A stretch of 64,000 nt of DNA from sequence record PP695294.1; one strand, written 5' to 3'. The notes beneath the pieces were generated by a model that worked only from the letters and a program-made list of their open reading frames with translations, was not told the origin of the DNA and made no database searches. Made by a program: the position numbers and the translations under genes. Of the stretch, positions 20,054-28,539 are shown one piece after another (within the stretch, counting starts at the first letter, position 1; each line of letters begins with the position of its first letter).

Positions 20054-21052
20054 ATGGCATTCACACTACGCTGGAAAAATGAAAATCCGGCAGGTTCAAT
20101 TGTTAACATTTATCGGGGCACGGCTAAAATAAATACAGCCGCATTACCAGCCCCTATTGCAACTTTAAGTAATGGCGAAACGGAATGGACGGACGAAACC
20201 GTTATTCTTAACACCCGTTACTGGTATCTTTTAACAGTAACTGTTAACGGCCGTACCGTAGGTAGTCCACAAAAATCCATTGTCATTAAAAACCGTCGTG
20301 GTGTGGGTGGCGTCGACCAGATTAACTATTCCGATACTGACGACTTGGCGTTTCTGGGGCAGTTGCCGTTCGAAGAACAGATGACCTATGACGCGTTGCC
20401 TGCAGGCTTTCGTGCATTAACAGGGATATCGGGCACGGGCACGCTAATCATGAACAAGTTTTATCGACATGGTAAAGTTTACTACATGATGAACAGCGGC
20501 GGACGATTTAACTCTACACTTTACTCGTGGAATGACATTTATAACGCGGGGCTTGTGTACGGTGTTGATGGATTTGGTCCTGATAACGGACGTGGGGATT
20601 TGGCAGGTGTTGACCAGAGTGGGTTGTTTGAATGGCAAGGCGACACCTATCGGATGCGATTGCTGCGCGGTTTAACCGACGGGGACGAACCGACAGTAAT
20701 GACATTGGATGAATCGTTGCGAAACGCAGACCATGATGACTTGGAATATGGTCGCTGCGAATATAACGATTTTGTTTATCCGTTCGGAGATTGTATCCCT
20801 AACAAACAAATGCTCCCTAACTGGACTAATATTAGTCCAGCGTCCATTTATGGGAGCGGTAGCGCTTACCAAGGCAAAGGTTTCTTGTGCCAAGAACGTG
20901 ATCCTGAATCGGGATTAGTTCTGGTTCGCGGGTCTGCGCCTATCGATTCAAGCATAACCAATACGTCGAAACGTAACCTCTCCCAAGTTACGTTAATTGA
21001 CAGTGCTGAGAAGGTCGGTTTGTACGCATTCGTTATCGAGTTAGTGGAGTAA
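20054..21052 (+). CDS. Cassette 3 gene B (Fn3/Ig-like N-domain)
   Basis: MAFTLRWKN..ALPAPIATLSNGETEW..GDTYRMRLLRGLT. Confidence 0.8.
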   Translation: MAFTLRWKNENPAGSIVNIYRGTAKINTAALPAPIATLSNGETEWTDETVILNTRYWYLLTVTVNGRTVGSPQKSIVIKNRRGVGGVDQINYSDTDDLAFLGQLPFEEQMTYDALPAGFRALTGISGTGTLIMNKFYRHGKVYYMMNSGGRFNSTLYSWNDIYNAGLVYGVDGFGPDNGRGDLAGVDQSGLFEWQGDTYRMRLLRGLTDGDEPTVMTLDESLRNADHDDLEYGRCEYNDFVYPFGDCIPNKQMLPNWTNISPASIYGSGSAYQGKGFLCQERDPESGLVLVRGSAPIDSSITNTSKRNLSQVTLIDSAEKVGLYAFVIELVE

Positions 21053-21055
21053 AAC

Positions 21056-21958
21056 ATGTCGATTATCTTAAACTGGAAACAACAGCCAGGTCAGACTTTA
21101 GATTCCATTGAAATCTATCGTTACGACAACCCCAGACAAAGTGTTAACCCAGTAGCACCGGGGGAACCTATTGTAACACTACCAGGTAACACAACGACGT
21201 ACGAGGACACGACCACCGAGGCGTATAAAACGTATCAATATCGCATCGTGGCGGTAAAGGGCACTGAAAAGGTTATGGGGCTGCCGATTGTACAGGGCGA
21301 CTTTCCAATGACAGGGCCCGGCCCACAGGAACTTATTCGTGGCGATTGGCATCGTGGCTACTTTGGCACACTGACAAACGAAGAATTTATTCTTAACCAT
21401 GCCGAGCTGAATGGTTTAATTGGCTTTAATGCCTGGAACCAAGCTCCAACATTGTTCCATAAATTCGTTTTCAAAGGACGCATTCTGTTCATTCCTGACA
21501 CGGTGACCCGTTTAGGGACGACGTGGAACGAACAATACCAGCAAGGTCTGGCCTGGGGAACAGATGACTACGGTTTCCCGCCACGGGGCGTCACTACCAC
21601 TAACCAGCGTCGGACATTTAATAAAGACGGTTACGAGTATGTGGTACGTTTGCCTCGACTCGGAGACTACAGTTATGGGCACAGCACCTACCTAAGCAGC
21701 GGTGGTTATTTTCAAGATGGCGAGTGGCACAACACGTTCGCAAGCTTGTTCCGCTACGCGGGCGTCGTAAGACGTTTTGGCGACTTACCGGCGCGCTCCG
21801 GCGGTAGTCCAACCGATTCAAGCGCAACATTGTTTGCCAACGGTTATGACAACGCCACCCCCTGGTACTATCGCAGCAACTCACCAGACACACCATCGTA
21901 CACCTCTTCGACCAATAGCGCGTCGGTAGTCCACGTTATCGAACTGGTTCTTAGCTAA
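21056..21958 (+). CDS. Cassette 3 gene C (Fn3/Ig-like N-domain)
   Basis: IEIYR..GPGPQELIRGDWHRGYFG..GYEYVVRLP; ends ELVLS. Confidence 0.8.
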   Translation: MSIILNWKQQPGQTLDSIEIYRYDNPRQSVNPVAPGEPIVTLPGNTTTYEDTTTEAYKTYQYRIVAVKGTEKVMGLPIVQGDFPMTGPGPQELIRGDWHRGYFGTLTNEEFILNHAELNGLIGFNAWNQAPTLFHKFVFKGRILFIPDTVTRLGTTWNEQYQQGLAWGTDDYGFPPRGVTTTNQRRTFNKDGYEYVVRLPRLGDYSYGHSTYLSSGGYFQDGEWHNTFASLFRYAGVVRRFGDLPARSGGSPTDSSATLFANGYDNATPWYYRSNSPDTPSYTSSTNSASVVHVIELVLS

Positions 21959-21969
21959 CAGGAGCTAAT

Positions 21970-22062
21970 ATGGGGTTTTACTCATCCACTGCACTTGAGC
22001 TGTTGTGTCGGCTCATTCAGCGGGATAATCCCCAACACGCAGGTCGAATCAGCTGGAGTTAA
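21970..22062 (+). pseudogene. Relic 5' end of a fourth cassette gene A
   Basis: GGAG RBS, then MGFYSSTALELLCRLIQRDNPQHAGRIS, homologous to MGLYSAPELELLCQQVVRDNPELAGRIS, then a frameshift and stop. Confidence 0.8.
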
Positions 22063-22091
22063 AGGGATAGCGTACTTCACCATAACAGCTA

Positions 22092-22125
22092 AAAATAGGC
22101 CCTGAAGGGCCTATTTTCTTTTTTT
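22092..22125 (+). terminator. Intrinsic terminator
   Basis: AAAATAGGCCC-TGAA-GGGCCTATTTT plus T tract. Confidence 0.85.
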
Positions 22126-22136
22126 AGGACGTTGCA

Positions 22137-23456
22137 ATGATCAACTATAACAAACCTGTCATGCAGCTGGTTTGGGATCAGATTAATCGTGATAACCCGC
22201 AGCTCAAGAAACCACTCAACGCAACCAACGTGGCGTTATTACAAGGTCCTTTAACCAATGCCTTGCGCGATGGCCGCAACAGCCGTATAGTGGTAAACGG
22301 ATTACAGGGTGGCGGTTACAGCGGTAAGATGGACATCTACTACGACCGCTTAAACCTTTCGCAGTATTTTAAAGGCGTCAGCGTACCGGTTAAAGTACCT
22401 TATCGGGCGACGTCCTACCGCGACATCATCGACCGGATTTCCGCAGCTTGTGGGCTGGTGCTTACTGCTGACGATTTAACGTATCCTGACAGCCAGTTTG
22501 CAATGATCACTGTGGCAACGGGCGATCGGACGGTGGCGATTAAATCGGATAACCCCGCATTCACGGGTCACATTCCTATTAGCTTTATTCGTGAAGAGCC
22601 CAGCTTTGCCGACTTGTACCACACCACCGAAACCGGAGCTTGGGAACCCATGGATGTTTACAGCACGGTCTATCGACTCGACTGGAGCATGTACACCCAA
22701 CAGATAATCAATATCCCGATGGGTACCCCGCTGCGACTAAACAGTAACTCGTACATGACCCAGTTCATCGCGGCGCTGTCGGCATGGTCGGGCATCCCGT
22801 TCACTATCGGTAATGCTGCTACTGATAACCCGTATGACCTCTATGGGTATGTCGCTACACGCAATAACAACCCAGGCTTAGACCCTGATATGCGTGGGGA
22901 GTACAATTACTGCGTGAAGTTGACGCCACCTGAGGATATGGGTAATCTCCGCCGTCCGTTCTTCTTGCACTTTGGTCCGAAAAATAACGTGGCCTATTTG
23001 GCGCAGGAAGAGGACGTCGAACGTTATGCGCGTTACATGAGTTTCCGGGAAACCAGCCCAAATTCGATGAGCGTCACGTTGTATCAAAACGAGTACGTGT
23101 TGACTCGGGCAGAATCGCCTGAAACTGCGGATGATTTAACGGGTTCCCCGTATGGCACTCGATACTGTACCGGGAGTATTCGACGGCTGATGCAACACGC
23201 GTTTCCGACCGAAGAAATGTTCCAAGAAAGTATTGCTAACCGGCGTCGGGTACTGTACCACACTGCTTACACCACCACGACATCAGCTATTACTTACCAG
23301 GGACTATACCGTAACGGATACCAATCCAAACAAATGACGAGCATTTACTCGAATTACTGTAACTATTTCATCTATTACGACCCAAGCAAAGGCGGCTATA
23401 TGGTCTACAGTCCATATAGCAAAACCGCCCCGGTCCCTTGGTATCCACCGCTATAG
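22137..23456 (+). CDS. Virion/fibre protein (family N-domain, divergent C-terminus)
   Basis: LVWDQINRDNP, RNS, GYSG..YYDRLNL; C-terminal YYD..PYSKTAPVPW shared with the next gene. Confidence 0.8.
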   Translation: MINYNKPVMQLVWDQINRDNPQLKKPLNATNVALLQGPLTNALRDGRNSRIVVNGLQGGGYSGKMDIYYDRLNLSQYFKGVSVPVKVPYRATSYRDIIDRISAACGLVLTADDLTYPDSQFAMITVATGDRTVAIKSDNPAFTGHIPISFIREEPSFADLYHTTETGAWEPMDVYSTVYRLDWSMYTQQIINIPMGTPLRLNSNSYMTQFIAALSAWSGIPFTIGNAATDNPYDLYGYVATRNNNPGLDPDMRGEYNYCVKLTPPEDMGNLRRPFFLHFGPKNNVAYLAQEEDVERYARYMSFRETSPNSMSVTLYQNEYVLTRAESPETADDLTGSPYGTRYCTGSIRRLMQHAFPTEEMFQESIANRRRVLYHTAYTTTTSAITYQGLYRNGYQSKQMTSIYSNYCNYFIYYDPSKGGYMVYSPYSKTAPVPWYPPL

Positions 23457-23470
23457 ACTAAGGTGTCACC

Positions 23471-25648
23471 ATGTCCTACACTCCCGATTTAGTGGCGACC
23501 GTGATTCGGTCGCTCAACCGTAAAAACGCGGTCGCCAAAGCAGTAGACCCCGCTAACGTACGCCTGGTGTCCGTGGCGCATCGTGACGAAAAAACCCTAG
23601 ACGTCACACTGACAGGGGGTCCGGGGTATTCAAATTACGGTCAAATTACGGCCCAAGTCACGAAGCAAAATATTGCTGATTATTTCGCTAAGGTTAAGTT
23701 GGATGCCATTCCCACTTGTGCATCCATTCACGAACTGTTGCCGCATTTAGACACTTTACTGGGGATTACCTTTTTAACCGACGACTTTGAAGACCTGCCT
23801 ATCACTTGGACAAACAATGCTGCGCGCATCACGTTCCAGGCGAAACAGACAAGTCTTGTCTGGTACGGCAGCCAAACGCTAGATGTGATAAACGGTGACG
23901 TGGATATCAACACCGTCTACACTGTTACCAACATCATTCTCACGCTAAAGGCTGCGAATAAACAGCAGTGGATTAACTTCTACTCTAATGCAACCAAACG
24001 GATCGTGGATCTTGATAAAGTCGATGTCAGCGCCCCGATGTCCCCGGAGGATATAGGCCAAACCTCTGCGTATAACAGCGTCGTGGCTTTGACCGCTAGA
24101 CCGGGGAGCGGGATGTTTGGAACGAAGTATGTGTTCTTTTCACGTAACAAACTCGAGACATATGCAGGCAAAACCACATACGTCCCGGATGATTTCACCG
24201 GTAGCCTGCACGATGCTCTGGCCATCGAGACACTCGGCATTCGGAGTGTTTTTGATGTAAACGAAATTGCTCCTGTAGAGAACTTGGCAGGCGAGTGGCC
24301 GAGACAAGTGCAATTGGCACCCGTAGAGGGTTCGTACAAAGTCATGGGCAGTGCCACGTTGAATGTAGCACGCTATCAAGATAACGAGCAAACCCTTAAC
24401 CTGAACTACACAACTACGTCGCAACTTTCGGACAGCTACTGGGCCACAACGTTGACCAACCATGCGGCGTGCGGGCGTTTGTTTGTTAACGTGACCGTAG
24501 ATGCGGGGGCTTTCGTTTATCGCGACAGCAACCTGAAACCGACGTTCGTTATCGACGAATTGCCGCAAATTGGCGAGGTGGTTTGGAACTTCGTTAACCG
24601 GGGAACCATTCTTGGTCGTGGTGGTTCGGGTGTGGTCTACTCTATGCCTGCGAACACATCAGCAGACGGAGCTGACGCAATCCACATTACCGATGCCTTC
24701 CGCGGCAAAGTCACCATCGAAAACTACGGCACCATCGCCGGAGGTGGGGGCGGGGGCGACTACTATGCGTTTAGCACCACCAAGATCGGTGGAGCTGGTG
24801 GTGCGCCTCTCGGGCCAGGCGCGGCGGTACCCAGCGGCACCAATAACCGTAACGGCTTAGCTGGGTCCCGTGACAAAGGCGGTGCTACCCAGTTAGTCGT
24901 CGCACAATTTACCGGCTACCAGAGTCGCTACTATGGCGGTCCTGGTGGCGATTGGGGCCAGCCGGGACGATATACAGCGTTCGAGCAATGGAACACCCCG
25001 GCTACCGGCTCGCCGGTCTATGTCTACGGTCGTGAAGACGGGATGTCATGGACTCGCCCTGGGATGGCAGGCGAAGCCGTCGGTGGGAATAAAAGTATCG
25101 TCAACTGGGTATCCGTCGGAACGGTGAAACCGAATGTCACCGACGAGTACCAAGAGTTCCTCGACTACCTCGCAGATTTAGATGCCAACCGATTGGCCAG
25201 TGCGGATGGGATAGATAAAGTCACCGACCCAACCAAACCTGTAGTTGTGGAGTTCTTAGGTACGATTATTTCAGGTACGCTGTTCAAAAAGCAAAACATA
25301 CCCGGCGGTTTGGTGGGAACACCATACGGCGATGCTGTAGCCAACTTACCAGCCACCACATTGTTTGGTATCATGGCACACAGTGTATCGGAGTTTGATA
25401 TTGTGCACGACACTTGGCGTTACAACCGTGCGGTAATGTTCACCCTAAAACCCGCGCCTACCGGGGCGATTGGCCTCGCTGTGGAACGCAACCGGGTGAA
25501 ATCGGCTACCAGTAGTACACCGGTGGAGAGGTTCTATGTCGATCGCTTCGTGTATTACGATGCGTATCTCGGTAAAATGATGGAATGTAATCCGTATACC
25601 AAATCTGCCCCTAAACCGTGGGTGCGGCCAACGATACCGTTATCGTAA
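23471..25648 (+). CDS. Putative receptor-binding fibre protein with T-even gp38-like glycine-rich adhesin domain
   Basis: Two tandem family-like N-domains, then NRGTILGRGGSG..NYGTIAGGGGGG..GGAGGAPLGPG..GGPGGDWGQPG..GMAGEAV. Confidence 0.7.
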   Translation: MSYTPDLVATVIRSLNRKNAVAKAVDPANVRLVSVAHRDEKTLDVTLTGGPGYSNYGQITAQVTKQNIADYFAKVKLDAIPTCASIHELLPHLDTLLGITFLTDDFEDLPITWTNNAARITFQAKQTSLVWYGSQTLDVINGDVDINTVYTVTNIILTLKAANKQQWINFYSNATKRIVDLDKVDVSAPMSPEDIGQTSAYNSVVALTARPGSGMFGTKYVFFSRNKLETYAGKTTYVPDDFTGSLHDALAIETLGIRSVFDVNEIAPVENLAGEWPRQVQLAPVEGSYKVMGSATLNVARYQDNEQTLNLNYTTTSQLSDSYWATTLTNHAACGRLFVNVTVDAGAFVYRDSNLKPTFVIDELPQIGEVVWNFVNRGTILGRGGSGVVYSMPANTSADGADAIHITDAFRGKVTIENYGTIAGGGGGGDYYAFSTTKIGGAGGAPLGPGAAVPSGTNNRNGLAGSRDKGGATQLVVAQFTGYQSRYYGGPGGDWGQPGRYTAFEQWNTPATGSPVYVYGREDGMSWTRPGMAGEAVGGNKSIVNWVSVGTVKPNVTDEYQEFLDYLADLDANRLASADGIDKVTDPTKPVVVEFLGTIISGTLFKKQNIPGGLVGTPYGDAVANLPATTLFGIMAHSVSEFDIVHDTWRYNRAVMFTLKPAPTGAIGLAVERNRVKSATSSTPVERFYVDRFVYYDAYLGKMMECNPYTKSAPKPWVRPTIPLS

Positions 25649-25694
25649 TTTAACGAGGAACTTGACGGGTTTAAAGCCTGAAGATAACCCATGC

Positions 25695-25727
25695 CCTCTT
25701 CCCCCACGGGGAAGAGGCTTTCTTTTT
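25695..25727 (+). terminator. Intrinsic terminator
   Basis: CCTCTTCCCC-CAC-GGGGAAGAGG plus T tract. Confidence 0.85.
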
Positions 25728-25754
25728 ATGACCCTATCAACTCAGGAGGTTATC

Positions 25755-26345
25755 GTGGTCGATCGTTGGAGTAAAGAGGGCATTATTCGTGCCAAAGTAA
25801 ACATCGAAGCCGGTTACGTTAATAACCCGAAAGATTTGGGCAAAGCAACGAACCGCGGTGTCACCGAACTCACTGCGCGCGAATATGGCTATAAAGGGGA
25901 TATGCGTGACCTGAGCTTAGAAATCGCGTTAGACATTTACAACAAGCTCTGGTGGCAGCGGATGCGTTTAGACCAGATTATGAAAATGAATGTCCTGCTA
26001 GCTGACCGAATGTTTGATTTCGGCATTAACGCAGGACGCGGTAACTGTATCAAGTCCCTGCAACGTATTCTGAACGTATTAAACCGTCAGGGTAAACTAT
26101 ACGATGATATCGATGCCGATGGTGGTATCGGGCCACGTACGTTAACAGCGTTAGAAGGCTTCATCAAAGCCCGTGGGGAAGAGGGCCTGAATCGACTGAT
26201 GTTCGCTTTAACCTGTCATCAGGTTGCGTACTACACGGAAATCAGTGAAGGGCGTGAGGATAACGAAGAGTTTACTTACGGCTGGTATGGCCGCGTCTAT
26301 CAGGAAATGCCAGACTACGTGGCTAAGTTGGGGATGTGCAAATGA
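25755..26345 (+). CDS. Glycoside hydrolase family 108 N-acetylmuramidase with peptidoglycan-binding C-domain (endolysin-like)
   Basis: EAGYVNNPKDLGKATNRGVT and MFDFGINAG motifs; DGGIGPRTL and F..GW..R tail; AGGAGG RBS before GTG 25755. Confidence 0.88.
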   Translation: MVDRWSKEGIIRAKVNIEAGYVNNPKDLGKATNRGVTELTAREYGYKGDMRDLSLEIALDIYNKLWWQRMRLDQIMKMNVLLADRMFDFGINAGRGNCIKSLQRILNVLNRQGKLYDDIDADGGIGPRTLTALEGFIKARGEEGLNRLMFALTCHQVAYYTEISEGREDNEEFTYGWYGRVYQEMPDYVAKLGMCK

Positions 26346-26443
26346 AACAGAATTGGTTTGCTGCCTTAATGAAAGCTATCTGGCGCGCCCTTGTTTTTGC
26401 CGCAAGGAGAAAACGTAATGACCCACCGTCCAACTCCGCCTAA
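26342..26443 (+). CDS. 33-aa amphipathic/basic micro-protein
   Basis: ATGA overlap with the lysin stop; MKQNWFAALMKAIWRALVFAARRKR... Confidence 0.45.
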   Translation: MKQNWFAALMKAIWRALVFAARRKRNDPPSNSA

Positions 26444-26570
26444 GTTCCCCGAAGTACAAACCGTTCCGGAAACGTATTACGATTCTGGGTTCTTCAAACT
26501 ATTACGCGCGATCTTCTGTCGGAGGGTAAAGCCATGCAATACGACAACGACGACTGGCCGAAAGGCTTAA
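26418..26570 (+). CDS. 50-aa micro-protein
   Basis: AAGGAG RBS; MTHRPTPPKFPEVQTVPETYYDSGFFKLLRAIFCRR... Confidence 0.5.
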   Translation: MTHRPTPPKFPEVQTVPETYYDSGFFKLLRAIFCRRVKPCNTTTTTGRKA

Positions 26571-26626
26571 TGCCCATTTTACTGGGATTAATGGTCCTCA
26601 CGATGCTCGTGCGTTATATGACGTGA
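26534..26626 (+). CDS. 30-aa single-TM micro-protein
   Basis: GGAGG RBS; MQYDNDDWPKGLMPILLGLMVLTMLVRYMT. Confidence 0.55.
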   Translation: MQYDNDDWPKGLMPILLGLMVLTMLVRYMT

Positions 26627-26633
26627 GGTCAGT

Positions 26634-27275
26634 ATGGAAGCACTTAAGTATACGTTGTTAGAGAAGCCGTGGTTTATCCTCACGGATGATTTCCATTTCG
26701 AGTTTACGTTGCGCAGCCTCTATCGTGAACAGACCGGAATGGATGCGATGGTAGCATTAGCAGGTGTGCATCCGGATACCCCGTTATGGGTAACGGTACC
26801 GAGAGGATTTGTGACGGACCTGGCAAGCATTCCAGAAGCGTTACGTCCTATCCTGCATCCGGATGGGCCTTGGGCCGCTGCCGCTTGTGTGCATGATTTG
26901 TTTTACCAGAAACGTTCATCGGTAGGCTTTTACCCTGACACTGTCGAAGGTAATCTATCTCGTGCATGTGACAAAACATTCGCTGACCTGATGTTCTTAC
27001 GTATCATGGAGGCATTAGGCGTTGATACCTTTATTCGTAAGTCCTTCTACCATGCCGTTCACGAGTTTGGTTGGCCGTCCTATGTAGACGATAACTCTAA
27101 GGTGGTTTATAGCCGGCCGGTAGAAAAGACGTTGTCCTATAATCGCAACTACCTGTTCTTTAGAACGTCGCGTACGTTAGCGATTCCTGAACACGAACGT
27201 GTTGACATTACTAATGGGCAACCGGTAAACGTGCAGTATTTGAATATCAAACGTGCGTTCCTGACTACCCCTTAA
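26634..27275 (+). CDS. DUF1353 domain protein
   Basis: VPRGFVTDLASIP and W..AA.VHD.FY signature. Confidence 0.85.
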   Translation: MEALKYTLLEKPWFILTDDFHFEFTLRSLYREQTGMDAMVALAGVHPDTPLWVTVPRGFVTDLASIPEALRPILHPDGPWAAAACVHDLFYQKRSSVGFYPDTVEGNLSRACDKTFADLMFLRIMEALGVDTFIRKSFYHAVHEFGWPSYVDDNSKVVYSRPVEKTLSYNRNYLFFRTSRTLAIPEHERVDITNGQPVNVQYLNIKRAFLTTP

Positions 27276-27284
27276 GGAGAGAAA

Positions 27285-27800
27285 ATGTTTCATCCGAATC
27301 CTGCCAACTTCGCGTTAAAAGAGTTGATGCCGCAGGAGTACATCGCGAAATACGGTGAAGGTGCTATTCGTTTCCTTAATCCGTTACTGCTAATCTCGCT
27401 CCAACAGATTCGTAATCGTTTTGGGCGGATGGTGATTTTAACCAGTTCCCAGCAACAGCGTAGTCTGCGTACCCTGCAGTTCTTTATTAATCAAGAGAAA
27501 CCAAAGGGTGGAGATTGGCAAACTCGTGCAAACAAACTGTACGCCGAATCAGGCAGTATGCATAAATTCGGTAATGCGTTTGATGCAACAATGCTTGATA
27601 CTCCGTTGCAGAAAGTACACGACTATATTGCCGCGAACCCTAACGAGTTTCCGTTTATTCACTTTATCGAGTGCGATATTACCTGGCTGCATGTTGACGT
27701 ACGCAACCAGCCTGATATCACCTTCTGGTCACCGACACGTGGTACCGTTAAAGTGGTTAAGCAACAACTCATCGATTGGAGCAAGCTGGTTAAAATCTAA
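27285..27800 (+). CDS. Peptidase M15 family Zn peptidase (peptidoglycan hydrolase)
   Basis: SMHKFGNAFD (H-x6-D) and WLHVDVR zinc-ligand motifs. Confidence 0.8.
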   Translation: MFHPNPANFALKELMPQEYIAKYGEGAIRFLNPLLLISLQQIRNRFGRMVILTSSQQQRSLRTLQFFINQEKPKGGDWQTRANKLYAESGSMHKFGNAFDATMLDTPLQKVHDYIAANPNEFPFIHFIECDITWLHVDVRNQPDITFWSPTRGTVKVVKQQLIDWSKLVKI

Positions 27801-27891
27801 GCCACTTTAATCAAAAGTAATTCATTTATCATTTGATACGTTTAATGCGCTTAGAGAGCGTTACAGAGCGTTTTAGAGGGTAAATAAAGCC

Positions 27892-27922
27892 CTTACCCAC
27901 TCCCCTTACGGGAGTGGGTAAG
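27892..27922. terminator. Hairpin between convergent genes (probably bidirectional terminator)
   Basis: 13-bp perfect stem CTTACCCACTCCC/GGGAGTGGGTAAG, A-rich before and T-rich after. Confidence 0.75.
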
Positions 27923-27924
27923 CA

Positions 27925-28416
27925 TTATTTATTTTCTTCTAACGGAACAATCGTAATCGGAGTAGGAACTTCACCGATAAACCCGCTGCTGCAGCGAAAG
28001 AATGTCATCCCTTTACCTTCGCCGGTATACGGGTTCACATCCGAAAAAGAGTAAGTGGGGCTATCGTTTACGGTTTTATTAATACGGTAATAACGCTCAC
28101 CTGTGGTGGTGTTAACATTCCCGTCGATTTTGCCAATTGTATCTTTAAACATCATCGGTGACTCTAGTTTGCCACCGTCCCACGTTGCTACCCAGTTTGC
28201 ACCCACATCCATTACTGTTACTGACCGCGGCATCATCTGTAGATTGTCCAGAACCGGACGGTAGTCTATAAACTTCTCCTGCGTCCCTGTGCATGTATAA
28301 ATCACCAAGTCGTGATTCTTTACTGGTGTGGCGCTAAATTGTCCTATGTTGCTTGGCGACTGAACACAACCGGCCAACAGGTTTATAATCGCGAATACGA
28401 TAAATAGACGTTTCAT
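27925..28416 (-). CDS. Lipoprotein of unknown function
   Basis: Signal peptide II MKRLFIVFAIINLLAG-C with LAGC lipobox. Confidence 0.8.
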   Translation of the reverse strand: MKRLFIVFAIINLLAGCVQSPSNIGQFSATPVKNHDLVIYTCTGTQEKFIDYRPVLDNLQMMPRSVTVMDVGANWVATWDGGKLESPMMFKDTIGKIDGNVNTTTGERYYRINKTVNDSPTYSFSDVNPYTGEGKGMTFFRCSSGFIGEVPTPITIVPLEENK

Positions 28417-28539
28417 AGAGTACCTTTCAGTGGTAAAAAATTTCTCGTTTAACAGCCAACTTTACTGTCATATTAAGCCCACTATGTTGTTTTTAGAACG
28501 ATTTAGTATGCACCACAAACCTACTATAAGGAAACAACC

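Noticed and set aside
27848-27880. AGAGCG/AGAGGG short repeats at about 10-bp spacing
   Set aside because: Only three degenerate copies; too weak to call iterons or an origin
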